Source: an archaeon
Lineage (GTDB): Archaea; Iainarchaeota; Iainarchaeia; Iainarchaeales; 0-14-0-20-34-12
Length of the DNA: 59,886 bases
NCBI GenBank assembly: GCA_038046645.1
Contig: JBBSVU010000005.1
Span: 1-59,886, forward strand
Direction of reading: 5' to 3'
The first letter of the stretch is position 1. Every line of letters starts with the position of its first letter. The position numbers were made by a program, and so were the translations under genes. Shown here piece by piece: positions 46,451-55,513 of this stretch. Below the pieces are notes generated by a model. That model saw only the letters and a program-made list of their open reading frames with translations, did not search any database and was not told the origin of the DNA.

Positions 46451-46960
46451 TTGGTTTATTTTTCGTATGACTTGAATTCAGGTTCTTTCTCTTTTAATTC
46501 TGTGAAAATAATTGAAGCAGAAAATATTGGTTATGATATGGGCAGTGAAGAAGGCTATTCTCTGAAATTGTTTAATAAAAAGGAATCGCACGAAATAAAG
46601 TTTCAGCCATCTGGCGTAATATACATTGATTTGCCATCAAAAGACTTGTTTGATGAAAACGGAGAACAAATTTACTTTCCGACAATAGAAGAAACAATTC
46701 AGGTAAAAGAAAAAACAGGACATACACTGTTGTTGCCATACCTTGAAAACGCAGAAATGCAAATAATGGATGACAAAGGGAAAACGAAATTAAAAATAAA
46801 TTTACAGGAAGAAGTAGAAAAACAATTTTCAGATATGGAAAAAGAACCGCAGCAAGAGAAAATGCCACTAAGCAACCAAATAATTTTTGGAGTAGGACTT
46901 TTACTTATTCTGTTAATTATTTATTCTTTCATAAAAAAATCAGTAAAAGGAAAAAAATAA
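46451..46960 (+). CDS. Exported protein with a C-terminal TM anchor
   Basis: C-terminal IIFGVGLLLILLIIYSFIKK. The frame is open upstream to ATT at 46406 (INKIILFLYAFYIAFL, signal-like), so the start is uncertain. Confidence 0.55.
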   Translation: MVYFSYDLNSGSFSFNSVKIIEAENIGYDMGSEEGYSLKLFNKKESHEIKFQPSGVIYIDLPSKDLFDENGEQIYFPTIEETIQVKEKTGHTLLLPYLENAEMQIMDDKGKTKLKINLQEEVEKQFSDMEKEPQQEKMPLSNQIIFGVGLLLILLIIYSFIKKSVKGKK

Positions 46961-46989
46961 TATTATCGCCCCTACTTTATATAGTTAAG

Positions 46990-47787
46990 TTAACTAACAA
47001 AAATAGTCCCCATATCTTCGCCCTTAATAATCCTTAACAAAACATTTTCTGCAGAATGGTTTGCAATAACCATCTTTGCACCAGCTTCCATAACTAATTT
47101 AGCTGCATTTATTTTTGATATCATGCCGCCTTTGCCCAATTCTGATTTTCCGGAAGCCAAATCTTCAATTTCTTTTGTTATTTTGTCAACATGTTCAATT
47201 AATTTTGCATCCTTATTTTCAATTGGATTCTTATCAAACAATCCATTAGTGTTTGTAAGCATTACCAATAGTTGAGCATCAAGATGTATTGCAACTAATG
47301 CAGATAATTTGTCATTATCCCCGAAAGTTGGGCCGATTTCGTCAACAGCAACGACATCATTTTCATTAATTATTGGAATTGTTTGCTTACTAACTAATGT
47401 TAGGATAGCCTGTTTCAAATTCGCAAGTTTTTTCTTTTCTGTTAATGCATCATATGTCAAAAGTATCTGCGCAATGCTTAATCCGTATTTTTTAAATGCC
47501 CTGCCATATTCAGCCATTAATAAATGCTGGCCAATAGCTGCGCAAGCTTGCTGCATTTCAGTCGTTTTTGGCCTTTCAGTCAAGCCTAGTTCTTGCATCC
47601 CTATCCCAATTGCCCCACTTGTCACTAAAATTGATTCAATTCCTTTTTTCTTTAATTCATTTATTTGATTTGCTAATGAGTATATAAAATTCAGGTTCAA
47701 AGCATTTGAATTTTGGGTAATTGAAGTTGTGCCTACCTTTATTACAATTCTTTTTACATCCTTCAAACATTCTTTTCTTGTAATCAT
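46990..47787 (-). CDS. proB: Glutamate 5-kinase (no PUA domain)
   Basis: IVIKVGTTS, VTSGAIGIG, AAIGQ, INENDVV, FGDNDKLSA and GKGGMISKI. Confidence 0.95.
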   Translation of the reverse strand: MITRKECLKDVKRIVIKVGTTSITQNSNALNLNFIYSLANQINELKKKGIESILVTSGAIGIGMQELGLTERPKTTEMQQACAAIGQHLLMAEYGRAFKKYGLSIAQILLTYDALTEKKKLANLKQAILTLVSKQTIPIINENDVVAVDEIGPTFGDNDKLSALVAIHLDAQLLVMLTNTNGLFDKNPIENKDAKLIEHVDKITKEIEDLASGKSELGKGGMISKINAAKLVMEAGAKMVIANHSAENVLLRIIKGEDMGTIFVS

Positions 47788-47813
47788 ACCTATACCTTTG
47801 ACATAAAATATTA

Positions 47814-49067
47814 TTAACCCCTTATTTGGCCATTTCCTTCTATTATGTACTTGTAAGTAGTTAATTCCCTCACGCCCATCGGACCTCTTGCATGTATCTT
47901 TTGTGTTGAAATTCCAACTTCCATGCCTAACCCAAATTCGCCGCCATCAGTAAACCTTGTTGATGCATTAGAATAAACTGCGGCAGCATCAACATTCTTG
48001 AAGAAATATCCGATTGCTTTTTTTGATTCTGAAACTATTGCTTCAGAATGCCTTGTGCCATATTGCCTAATATGTTTAACAGCTTCTTCAACCGAAGAAA
48101 CAGTTTTTATTGAAATTATATAATCCAAATATTCTGTTTCCCAGTCTTTTTCATCTGCCAATTTCCATTTTTTCAAATATTTCCCAGCTTTTGCATCTGC
48201 CCTAATTTCACAATTTTTTGCATTTAGTTCTTTTTCCAGCAAAGGCAAGAATTTTTCAGAAATCTTTTCATGCACAATCAATGTTTCCAAAGCATTGCAT
48301 ACTGAAGGCCTTTGTGTTTTTGCATTCACAACAATTTTCACTGCTTTTTCCAAATCCGCAAATTCATCAACATAAGTATGGCATACCCCTGCACCTGCAC
48401 CAATAAATGGTACTTGAGAATTTTCCCTCATGAACTTCATTAAACCCAGGCCGCCTCTTGGAATGATTAAATCAACAGAGTCATTTGCCCTTAACATTGT
48501 TAAAACATCTTCCTTTTTTGTTGGGTCAATGCCTTGCACAGTAAATTCATCCAACCCTGCTTTTTGAATGCCTTCCTTTATTGTTTCAATAATTGCAATA
48601 TTGCTGTAAAAGGCAGTTTCATCCCCTTTCAATAAAACAACATTCCCTGATTTCAAGCATAAAGCAGCAGTATCCAATGTTACATTTGGCCTTGCTTCAT
48701 ATATTACCCCAATTACCCCAATTGGGACGCTGATTTTTTTCAAGTTTAATCCATTATTTAATGTTTTTTCTTCCAAGACCCTGCCAATAGGGTCATTAAA
48801 CCCAATTACTTCATCCAAAGCTGTAACCATTCCATTAACCCTTGAATCATTTAATTCCAAGCGGTCAAGCAAAGCATTAGTCAATCCTTTTTTCTTCCCA
48901 TTTTCCAAATCCTTTTTGTTTGCATCAAGAATTTTTTCCTTGTTTTTCAGCATGCTTTTCTTTATTTCCTGCAATGCCTTATTTTTCTGTTCTGCCGAAT
49001 AGCTCATTGCAGAATATGAAGCTTCTTTTGCTTTTTGCAATTGTTCGTTTATATTCATAAAAATCAT
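47814..49067 (-). CDS. proA: Gamma-glutamyl phosphate reductase
   Basis: VPIGVIGVIYEARPNVT, IIPRGG, SVCNALET and NASTRFTDGGEFGLG.EVGISTQK.HARGP. Confidence 0.97.
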   Translation of the reverse strand: MIFMNINEQLQKAKEASYSAMSYSAEQKNKALQEIKKSMLKNKEKILDANKKDLENGKKKGLTNALLDRLELNDSRVNGMVTALDEVIGFNDPIGRVLEEKTLNNGLNLKKISVPIGVIGVIYEARPNVTLDTAALCLKSGNVVLLKGDETAFYSNIAIIETIKEGIQKAGLDEFTVQGIDPTKKEDVLTMLRANDSVDLIIPRGGLGLMKFMRENSQVPFIGAGAGVCHTYVDEFADLEKAVKIVVNAKTQRPSVCNALETLIVHEKISEKFLPLLEKELNAKNCEIRADAKAGKYLKKWKLADEKDWETEYLDYIISIKTVSSVEEAVKHIRQYGTRHSEAIVSESKKAIGYFFKNVDAAAVYSNASTRFTDGGEFGLGMEVGISTQKIHARGPMGVRELTTYKYIIEGNGQIRG

Positions 49068-49859
49068 TTATTTGAGCTGGCTTACTTCTTTTGATTTATC
49101 AATAGCTTCCCTGATTGTTTTATTTATTATTTCTTCAATTTCAGAATTATTCAATGCAATTAATCCAGCTTCAGTTATCCCGCCTTTTGTTGCAACTTTT
49201 TCAATAAAACTTTCAGGCAGGGCTTTCTGCTGAATTAATAATTTAGCAGAGCCATAGAATGTTTGCTCAGCTAATAATAATGCTTGTTTCTCATCAAGGC
49301 CATATTCTTTAGCAGCTTTTGCGAATTTTCCAATAAAATAAGCAACAAATGCAGGCCCGCACCCAGACAACGCGGTAACAACATGCATTTTATCTTCAGA
49401 AACCTCAATCAGTTTTGCATTCTTTCCAAATAAAATGCCTAATGATTCAATATCTTTCCTTGCGGCATTTTTCCCAAAGCAGTATGCCCCGGCCATTTCC
49501 CCTACTATCAATGCAAGATTTGGCATTACCCTGATTATTTTTGCAATAACCTTAGAATCATAAAAAGATGTTTCTAAACCAGCTGCAACAGTTACAATGG
49601 TTTTTTTCAAATCACAGGATTCTTTTATCTCTTCAAGCACAGATTTCATGTCCTGCGGCTTTACCGCCAATATAATAACATCGCAATTCTTTGCCACATC
49701 AGCATTTTTCCTTGAAACATTTATGCTTTTTTTTGCAAGTTCCCCCAAGGAACAATTTTTATCCGAAACATAAATATCAGCTTTAGCTATGCCTGAATTA
49801 ATTAAATTGTCCAATATTGCACTGCCCAAATGCCCGCAACCAATTATTCCATATCTCAT
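49068..49859 (-). CDS. proC: Pyrroline-5-carboxylate reductase
   Basis: IIGCGHLG, LAVKPQ, IRVMPN, LSGCGPAF and VATKGGIT. Confidence 0.95.
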   Translation of the reverse strand: MRYGIIGCGHLGSAILDNLINSGIAKADIYVSDKNCSLGELAKKSINVSRKNADVAKNCDVIILAVKPQDMKSVLEEIKESCDLKKTIVTVAAGLETSFYDSKVIAKIIRVMPNLALIVGEMAGAYCFGKNAARKDIESLGILFGKNAKLIEVSEDKMHVVTALSGCGPAFVAYFIGKFAKAAKEYGLDEKQALLLAEQTFYGSAKLLIQQKALPESFIEKVATKGGITEAGLIALNNSEIEEIINKTIREAIDKSKEVSQLK

Positions 49860-49861
49860 AA

Positions 49862-50016
49862 TCTCAGTTTTTTCTATTTTTCTTTTGTGATACTCTCAGT
49901 TTTTTCTCTTTTCAATAGTTTTTCTTTTGATAAAATTTTTCTTTTTTTAAACCTAGTAAAATTCTTTTGAATTTTACTGGTCCTTTCAAGCTTCGCTTGA
50001 AATGGAAAAGAAAAGG
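49862..50016 (-). repeat. A-rich repeat and hairpin cluster downstream of tRNA-Trp
   Basis: On the minus strand: TTTCAAGC-GAA-GCTTGAAA, AGTAAAATTC-AAAA-GAATTTTACT, TATCAAAAGAAAA, TATCACAAAAGAAAA and two AAAAAACTGAGA. Confidence 0.6.
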
Positions 50017-50018
50017 TT

Positions 50019-50312
50019 TGGGGTTGCTGGGATTTGAACCCAGATCAGCAGGTACCTTCCCCAAGCCTTTTTCTTTCTTAAAAGAAAAAGTCTAGGGCTT
50101 ATCCAAAAAGAAAGAACTCCCTTCTTTTTACTACCTGCTATTCATCATTGTTTCTTGCGAAACTCTGCGCTCCAATCGAATATGCCCTAGAGAAAATGTG
50201 ATTAATTATAACCAGCTTCTTTTCTCTTACAAACCTATTTTCTCTTTTCTTATAAAGAAAAGAGAAAACGGTGACTGGAGCCTGCTGTGCTGCCGGGTTA
50301 CACCACAACCCC
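50019..50312 (-). tRNA. tRNA-Trp(CCA) with a 221-nt intron at 37/38 (50054-50274)
   Basis: 5' exon GGGGTTGTGGTGTAACCCGGCAGCACAGCAGG-CTCCAG, 3' exon ACCTGCTGATCTGGGTTCAAATCCCAGCAACCCCA. The BHB is imperfect (CTCC/GAAG). Confidence 0.92.
50091..50191 (-). ncRNA. Intron-encoded box C/D guide RNA (partial)
   Basis: Guide GATTGGAGCG plus D'-like CAGA, GTTTC-GCAA-GAAAC hairpin, C' box ATGATGA, guide AGCAGGTA, closed by a TCTAGGGC/GCCCTAGA stem. Confidence 0.75.
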
Positions 50313-50374
50313 ATTACTTCCTTTCTGTAACCTAATTAGATGCCTAAAATCATTTTTATACGTTGCTATTTGTT

Positions 50375-51175
50375 TTATTTCTCGGAATCTTGGCAGTCCT
50401 TGTAATCTTCAGGTTTTGCATTAGGCATTATTTTTGTAACCGTGTTTGTGAACATTACCAAATTAGTCCCATAGGTTTCTTCCCTGTACTGCTTCAGAAT
50501 TCTTCCGTTTTCATAATCAAAAAGATAATAACCGGTAATTATTACATTCTTGTTTGTTCCGCCGAATGTAATTTTAAGTGCATTGAATTCCTTTCCTTCC
50601 AACTTTAATTTTTCAACGCCTATAGCAGCATAATTCAGGCCGTTGTATTCCCAGCCATTGTTTATTGATACCTTTTCCTTAGGCAGTATGAGGTTTGATA
50701 ATTGTGCTTCAGTTCCCTCTGCAATTATTGACCCGTTTTCATAAGCACGGTACTGTTTCTTTTTGTTTATGATTGATTGTTCTTCACAGGTGCTTGATTT
50801 GTTCCCATCAACCAAGTTATATGCATCAAGCATGATTACATCCACTAAGGCAGAGTTTTCATCAACACTTTCTGCAATTGTTATTGTTTTCATGTAATTT
50901 TTCAAAGATTCTGGCAACCCATTTGTTATTATTTCAACATCATTTACCAAGCCTTCATTTTTATTGTATTTTATTGCAAGTTTTGTTGGCTCAAAATTTT
51001 GTGCATTGCCTACTTCAGTATCTGCTTTTTTCAGCAAATCATCAGTGCCCACAAGTACCTTAGAATTATCAGTCATATTTGCATTTTCGTCTTCAGTTTG
51101 TGGCTGTTGCTGGACGCAGCCGCTTAATATAATTACCAATAAAATTGCCAAAATAATAAAGAATTTTAATTTCAT
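50375..51175 (-). CDS. Putative lipoprotein
   Basis: MKLKFFIILAILLVIILSGCVQQQPQT lipobox, beta-rich body. Confidence 0.7.
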   Translation of the reverse strand: MKLKFFIILAILLVIILSGCVQQQPQTEDENANMTDNSKVLVGTDDLLKKADTEVGNAQNFEPTKLAIKYNKNEGLVNDVEIITNGLPESLKNYMKTITIAESVDENSALVDVIMLDAYNLVDGNKSSTCEEQSIINKKKQYRAYENGSIIAEGTEAQLSNLILPKEKVSINNGWEYNGLNYAAIGVEKLKLEGKEFNALKITFGGTNKNVIITGYYLFDYENGRILKQYREETYGTNLVMFTNTVTKIMPNAKPEDYKDCQDSEK

Positions 51176-51266
51176 AATAGTCCCCTTTTAACAAACTTAG
51201 TTATTTGTAATAAATTTAATTATAATGAGACCAATTCCTTTAAATTCATTCCTTTTTGCACTATTT

Positions 51267-52205
51267 TTATCTGGCTGCTTTTGGGCTAAGTGCATTAATT
51301 CTCAAGCCTATCTCCCCTGCATCCAATCCAGCATATCCTCGTGCCCTTAACATCTTTGCTATTTCATTAGGGCTTTTCCTTGCTTGTAAACCTTCAACAA
51401 TAACTGCATTTTGTGCCAGAATTTCAGTATGTGTATGCCCTGTCAAACTTTTTATCCTGTCAGAAATTAATTTCCTGTTTAAGTCTGTACTAGATAATAT
51501 CCTAATATTTCTTCTTATGTTTGGAATTGTCAAGCTTCTTCTTACGCCCATTACTATTGCTGTATTTTGCTGTCCTCTTTGCTTTGCTGAAAATCCATGC
51601 CATACTCTGTCTGCTTTTAACTGCCTTGAAATCCTGTTTTCTAACATATAGGATAATTCCCTTTTACCAACCCCGGCAATTTTTGCTAATTTTGCATTCG
51701 AAATCGTGGGATCTTTCATTATTGCCCTTTTTACCTTTTGTATCTTGCCTTCATTTGATGATTCAGGAATAATTTTCATTAATAATTTAGGGTCTAATCT
51801 CCAAAGGTCTAGTGTAATAGTGTCTATCGGATTCTTGAGTTTGCCATAATGTTCAGCAAGCATTCTGACAATCTCTGCCCGTTTTAGTTTCCTTTTTGAT
51901 GTTCTAAGCAATTGTTCTAAGGCAGATCTTCTTAAAACAGATTTTTGATCTACTGCCCTTGCGGATATATGATATTTGATTTGTCCACGGTCTGCCAACA
52001 TTCTTACTGCTGGCTTAATTATATCCCAAGGCGTGTAAGGAAAAGCTTCCTTTACCATATCAAGAGTAACCCTGCTTTCTGATCTTCCAAACCTGGACTT
52101 TATTGCCCTAGCCTCATTTTTAATTCTTTGCTCCCTTTGCTGCCTTGCATGCAAAGACCTTTGTTCTAGGCTCATCCTGAGTCTTCTGGTTTTTATTGCA
52201 GGCAT
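51267..52205 (-). CDS. Arg-rich orphan protein with several HTH-like segments
   Basis: ATG at 52205 (MPAIKTRRLR). DPTISNAKLAKIAGVGKRELSYML and KSPNEIAKML look like HTH motifs. Confidence 0.6.
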   Translation of the reverse strand: MPAIKTRRLRMSLEQRSLHARQQREQRIKNEARAIKSRFGRSESRVTLDMVKEAFPYTPWDIIKPAVRMLADRGQIKYHISARAVDQKSVLRRSALEQLLRTSKRKLKRAEIVRMLAEHYGKLKNPIDTITLDLWRLDPKLLMKIIPESSNEGKIQKVKRAIMKDPTISNAKLAKIAGVGKRELSYMLENRISRQLKADRVWHGFSAKQRGQQNTAIVMGVRRSLTIPNIRRNIRILSSTDLNRKLISDRIKSLTGHTHTEILAQNAVIVEGLQARKSPNEIAKMLRARGYAGLDAGEIGLRINALSPKAAR

Positions 52206-52261
52206 AATTGAATCATAGGGAATAATATCCAAACCAGTTTAAATAGTTATTAATAAATCAG

Positions 52262-52942
52262 TTATTTCGGTTTTCCAAAAAAAGCGCTAAGCAATGCGCA
52301 GCATTCCTTTTCAGTTATTAATGATCTGTTTATCAAGCCTTTGAAAGAATCAATTACAGCTTTTTTATTGTCCAAATTGCTTCTCGCATTAACCATTGCT
52401 GTGAATTTTTTCAAAAGAATCTGCCTTGTTTTTTTGCCGGCAGTTTTGAATTTGGATTTTTTCTGTGCCAAGAAAATCTGCGAGAATAAAACAATGGCAG
52501 CATGCGATACATTTAATGTTTTATATTCCTTGCTTGTTGGAATATGCACAAGGAGATCACATTGCTGTATCTCTTCATTGTTCAGGCCAGAACTTTCCCT
52601 TCCCAAAACAATTGCTACTTTTGCATCAGAATTTGAGAATCTTTTTGCAAATTGCTGAACCGAAACAGCATTCCTGAACATGGTGTTAGACCTAGTTGTT
52701 TTTGCAGAGGTAGCAGCCGAATAATCTGCATCTTTTAATGCTTCCCCTATTGTTTTGACTATTTTCGCTTTTTCAAGGATGTCCTGTGCATGCACTGCCC
52801 GGCTTCTTGCCTTGTCGGTCAAATGATCTACTAGGGGATTTACCAATATTAAATCGTAAATTGCAAAATTTTTCATTGCCCTTGCAATAAGCCCTAAATT
52901 TTCCTCATATTCTGGTTCGACCAGTATTACGATAGTTTTCAT
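52262..52942 (-). CDS. trmJ: TrmJ/LasT-family SPOUT RNA methyltransferase
   Basis: ILVEPEYEENLGLIARAMKNF, VLGRESSGLNNEE and TLNVSHA. Confidence 0.88.
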   Translation of the reverse strand: MKTIVILVEPEYEENLGLIARAMKNFAIYDLILVNPLVDHLTDKARSRAVHAQDILEKAKIVKTIGEALKDADYSAATSAKTTRSNTMFRNAVSVQQFAKRFSNSDAKVAIVLGRESSGLNNEEIQQCDLLVHIPTSKEYKTLNVSHAAIVLFSQIFLAQKKSKFKTAGKKTRQILLKKFTAMVNARSNLDNKKAVIDSFKGLINRSLITEKECCALLSAFFGKPK

Positions 52943-53049
52943 ATAAATCCACTAAATTTCCATTATTTTATAAATAGCGATTTTTGGCAACATTATATAT
53001 TAAAGGTAGGGAATAAGTATTAATAATCTCAATATATTAAAGATATTAA

Positions 53050-54348
53050 ATGAATTATAAATCAATTCCATTGTTTTTTGCCTTTCTGCTTTTTTTAGCA
53101 TCAGCACATGCTTACGACCCTACTTTATATCTTACTGCTGAAAGGCATCTTTTGAATAAAGGCGAAGTCCTTGGAACAATTGTAGAAATAAACCATGACA
53201 TGGCAGGTTATTATGTTGTGAGAATAAATTCCGGTGATAAATTAGCTGGCTTGATTCCGCTGAAAAAAGATAAGCAGGAGATTGTTTCAGGCAAGGCAAG
53301 CATACAGCAGCTTTTCCAGGTTACTGAATTTTTAATAAAATACAAAGAATACCTTGATGGCCTTAAGGAAACTTCAACCCCCTGGTATATTTCAAATTAT
53401 ACTGTAATGTCAAACCTTACTGTTTTTCTTGATGAAAAATATGACAATTTGACATTAGTGGAATCAACAATAAAATCAAGCGAATCACTGATTCTTGCGG
53501 AGAAATTAAAGGCAGATACCTTAAATTTGAAAAACAAAACATTGGAAGTTTCAAACATGCTAAAAGAAGCCACTGATGCAGAATCTTCTTTCATCAATAA
53601 TCCAGAAACAGGCGGTGAACAAAGCTTAGCAGATTCTTTGGCTAATGCCTTTGATGCTATCCTTGAATTGGATTCTTTAATTCTTGAATATAAGGTTTCA
53701 TTGAATAAACTTAAAGGCCTTATTGCTTCAGAAGATTTAGATTTATCCACAAAGCAGTCACTTACTGCAACATTAAAATTCCCGCAGGATCTTTCAATAA
53801 TCGGCAATTGGGCGTCATATACTCCGCAGTTAAAATCAGGCATTGCTTCAGTTTCAGGGGAATCAATAACCGAGGCAGACACAGTTTCAAAAAATCTTGA
53901 CTTAAGGCTGAAGATGGAATTTGCATTTAATGAAATATATTCAGAGGACCCAAAATTAAAGAAAGGCATAGGGGATGATTACCTAAATCTGGAAAAAACC
54001 GCAAATTTAATACTTTCAAAGGATTATTTTGAAAAGTGGAAAAATCAGGAGCTTGCAAAGAAATTCAAAACAAGCTGGGAAAAGGTAACTGTTTACAATA
54101 ATAAAATGCAGTATGATGATGCAATAAAATCAGCAAAGGAAGCAAAGCAAACTGCTATTTCAATTGTTGCTGAAGGCTATATTGTAATAGACCCTACAGC
54201 TAAACCAAATTACACGCTTTTGATTGAAGGATTAGCTGCATTGCTCATACTTGTTGCAATCTTGTATGCACTAAGGAACAGGAAGAAATTTTCAGGATTT
54301 TTTAATAAGGAGGAGGGGGAAGATGTCCAAGTCTATAATTTCAAGTAA
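53050..54348 (+). CDS. Exported helical protein with a C-terminal TM anchor
   Basis: Signal peptide ending ASAHA, coiled-coil body, C-terminal GLAALLILVAILYALRNRKK. Confidence 0.7.
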   Translation: MNYKSIPLFFAFLLFLASAHAYDPTLYLTAERHLLNKGEVLGTIVEINHDMAGYYVVRINSGDKLAGLIPLKKDKQEIVSGKASIQQLFQVTEFLIKYKEYLDGLKETSTPWYISNYTVMSNLTVFLDEKYDNLTLVESTIKSSESLILAEKLKADTLNLKNKTLEVSNMLKEATDAESSFINNPETGGEQSLADSLANAFDAILELDSLILEYKVSLNKLKGLIASEDLDLSTKQSLTATLKFPQDLSIIGNWASYTPQLKSGIASVSGESITEADTVSKNLDLRLKMEFAFNEIYSEDPKLKKGIGDDYLNLEKTANLILSKDYFEKWKNQELAKKFKTSWEKVTVYNNKMQYDDAIKSAKEAKQTAISIVAEGYIVIDPTAKPNYTLLIEGLAALLILVAILYALRNRKKFSGFFNKEEGEDVQVYNFK

Positions 54349-55429
54349 ATTGTTTTTTGTTTTTCTATTGCTCTTAATCCTGCCAAGCATTTTTTCCCTG
54401 TCTGTTTCAATCCAGCCGAAAAATGGAAGTTCACCTGCAGCAGTTTATCAATATGAGGTAACTGATTACGTGATTAAAGTAAGAAATGATGCTGATGCTG
54501 AAATAACTGATGTCGGGTTAAAGGTTTCTGTTGGCCCAGAATTAAAAATTGTTGAAGGCTATGATGAACTAGAATATAAAATATTCAAATTGCCTGTGAT
54601 GGGCCCGAAAGAATTAAGGGAAGAAGAAATAAAGATAAAGCCGATAATTAATGCAGAGGATGCGGAAGGAAAAAAATTGCAAATAACAGTTGATTACGGG
54701 ATTTCCTCGTTGACTGATTATTCTGGGACATATTTATTGAGTATTGAACCATCGCTGCTTGTTGATTCAAAATTATCCTCTGAAAAAGTAACTGCAGGGG
54801 AAGATGCTTCCATAACTATTACTGCTTCAAACAATTCCGATTATGATATTTCTGACATTAAATTTGAATTAATGGGGAATGAGGATTTCTACCTGAAAGA
54901 AACTTCTTTTTTAAATGTTGCACTGCTGAAAAAAAATGAAAAGATTGAGGAAAAGCAACTTGAGTTCAAGCTTGTCATTTCAAAGAAAGAACAAAGGCTC
55001 ATATTGAATGCAAGCTTTGTTGATTCTGTTGGCTATCATCTCTTGCAGAAAAATTTCGCGATAAAGGAACAGCCAAAAACAATGACCTTTGTTTATGTTT
55101 TAATTGCAGTTGTGCTTGTGCTGATTGTTTTCACGCTGATGAAAATTCTTAAAGGGAAGAAGGCTTCATCCTTGCATGATTCGCATGCAGAGCACGCGCA
55201 AGTAGGGCATTCTGGCAGTAACCATCAAAAACATGTGCATGAATTGCCTGAAGAATCGGAAGATTCAGGTGAGGACTCTGAGGATGAAGAATTAAGCGAA
55301 GAAGATGAATCCGATTTAGGCGAGGAAGAATTGGCTGAGGAAGAATCAGATGAAGATTTTGAAGGGGAAGATGAAGAATCAGAGCCTGATTCTGAAGAAA
55401 AGCAAGGGCATGCAGGCAAACATCATTAA
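54323..55429 (+). CDS. Exported Ig-like/DUF11-like protein with TM anchor and His-rich plus acidic cytoplasmic tail
   Basis: Signal peptide, two beta-sandwich-like units, TM at about aa 257-275, tail EESEDSGEDSEDEELSEEDES... Confidence 0.7.
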   Translation: MSKSIISSKLFFVFLLLLILPSIFSLSVSIQPKNGSSPAAVYQYEVTDYVIKVRNDADAEITDVGLKVSVGPELKIVEGYDELEYKIFKLPVMGPKELREEEIKIKPIINAEDAEGKKLQITVDYGISSLTDYSGTYLLSIEPSLLVDSKLSSEKVTAGEDASITITASNNSDYDISDIKFELMGNEDFYLKETSFLNVALLKKNEKIEEKQLEFKLVISKKEQRLILNASFVDSVGYHLLQKNFAIKEQPKTMTFVYVLIAVVLVLIVFTLMKILKGKKASSLHDSHAEHAQVGHSGSNHQKHVHELPEESEDSGEDSEDEELSEEDESDLGEEELAEEESDEDFEGEDEESEPDSEEKQGHAGKHH

Positions 55430-55513
55430 TTAATTTCTTAAAGCATACTTGGATAACTTACTTTTTTTAATTATTTTTCCTATTGTTCTCCATCAATTAA
55501 AGCACCTAAAAAA

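Noticed and set aside
46406-46453. Programmed frameshift joining the ATG at 46431 to the 46451 ORF
   Set aside because: The ORF frame itself is open upstream with a signal-like sequence from ATT 46406, so a non-canonical or mutated start explains it as well. The evidence cannot distinguish the two.
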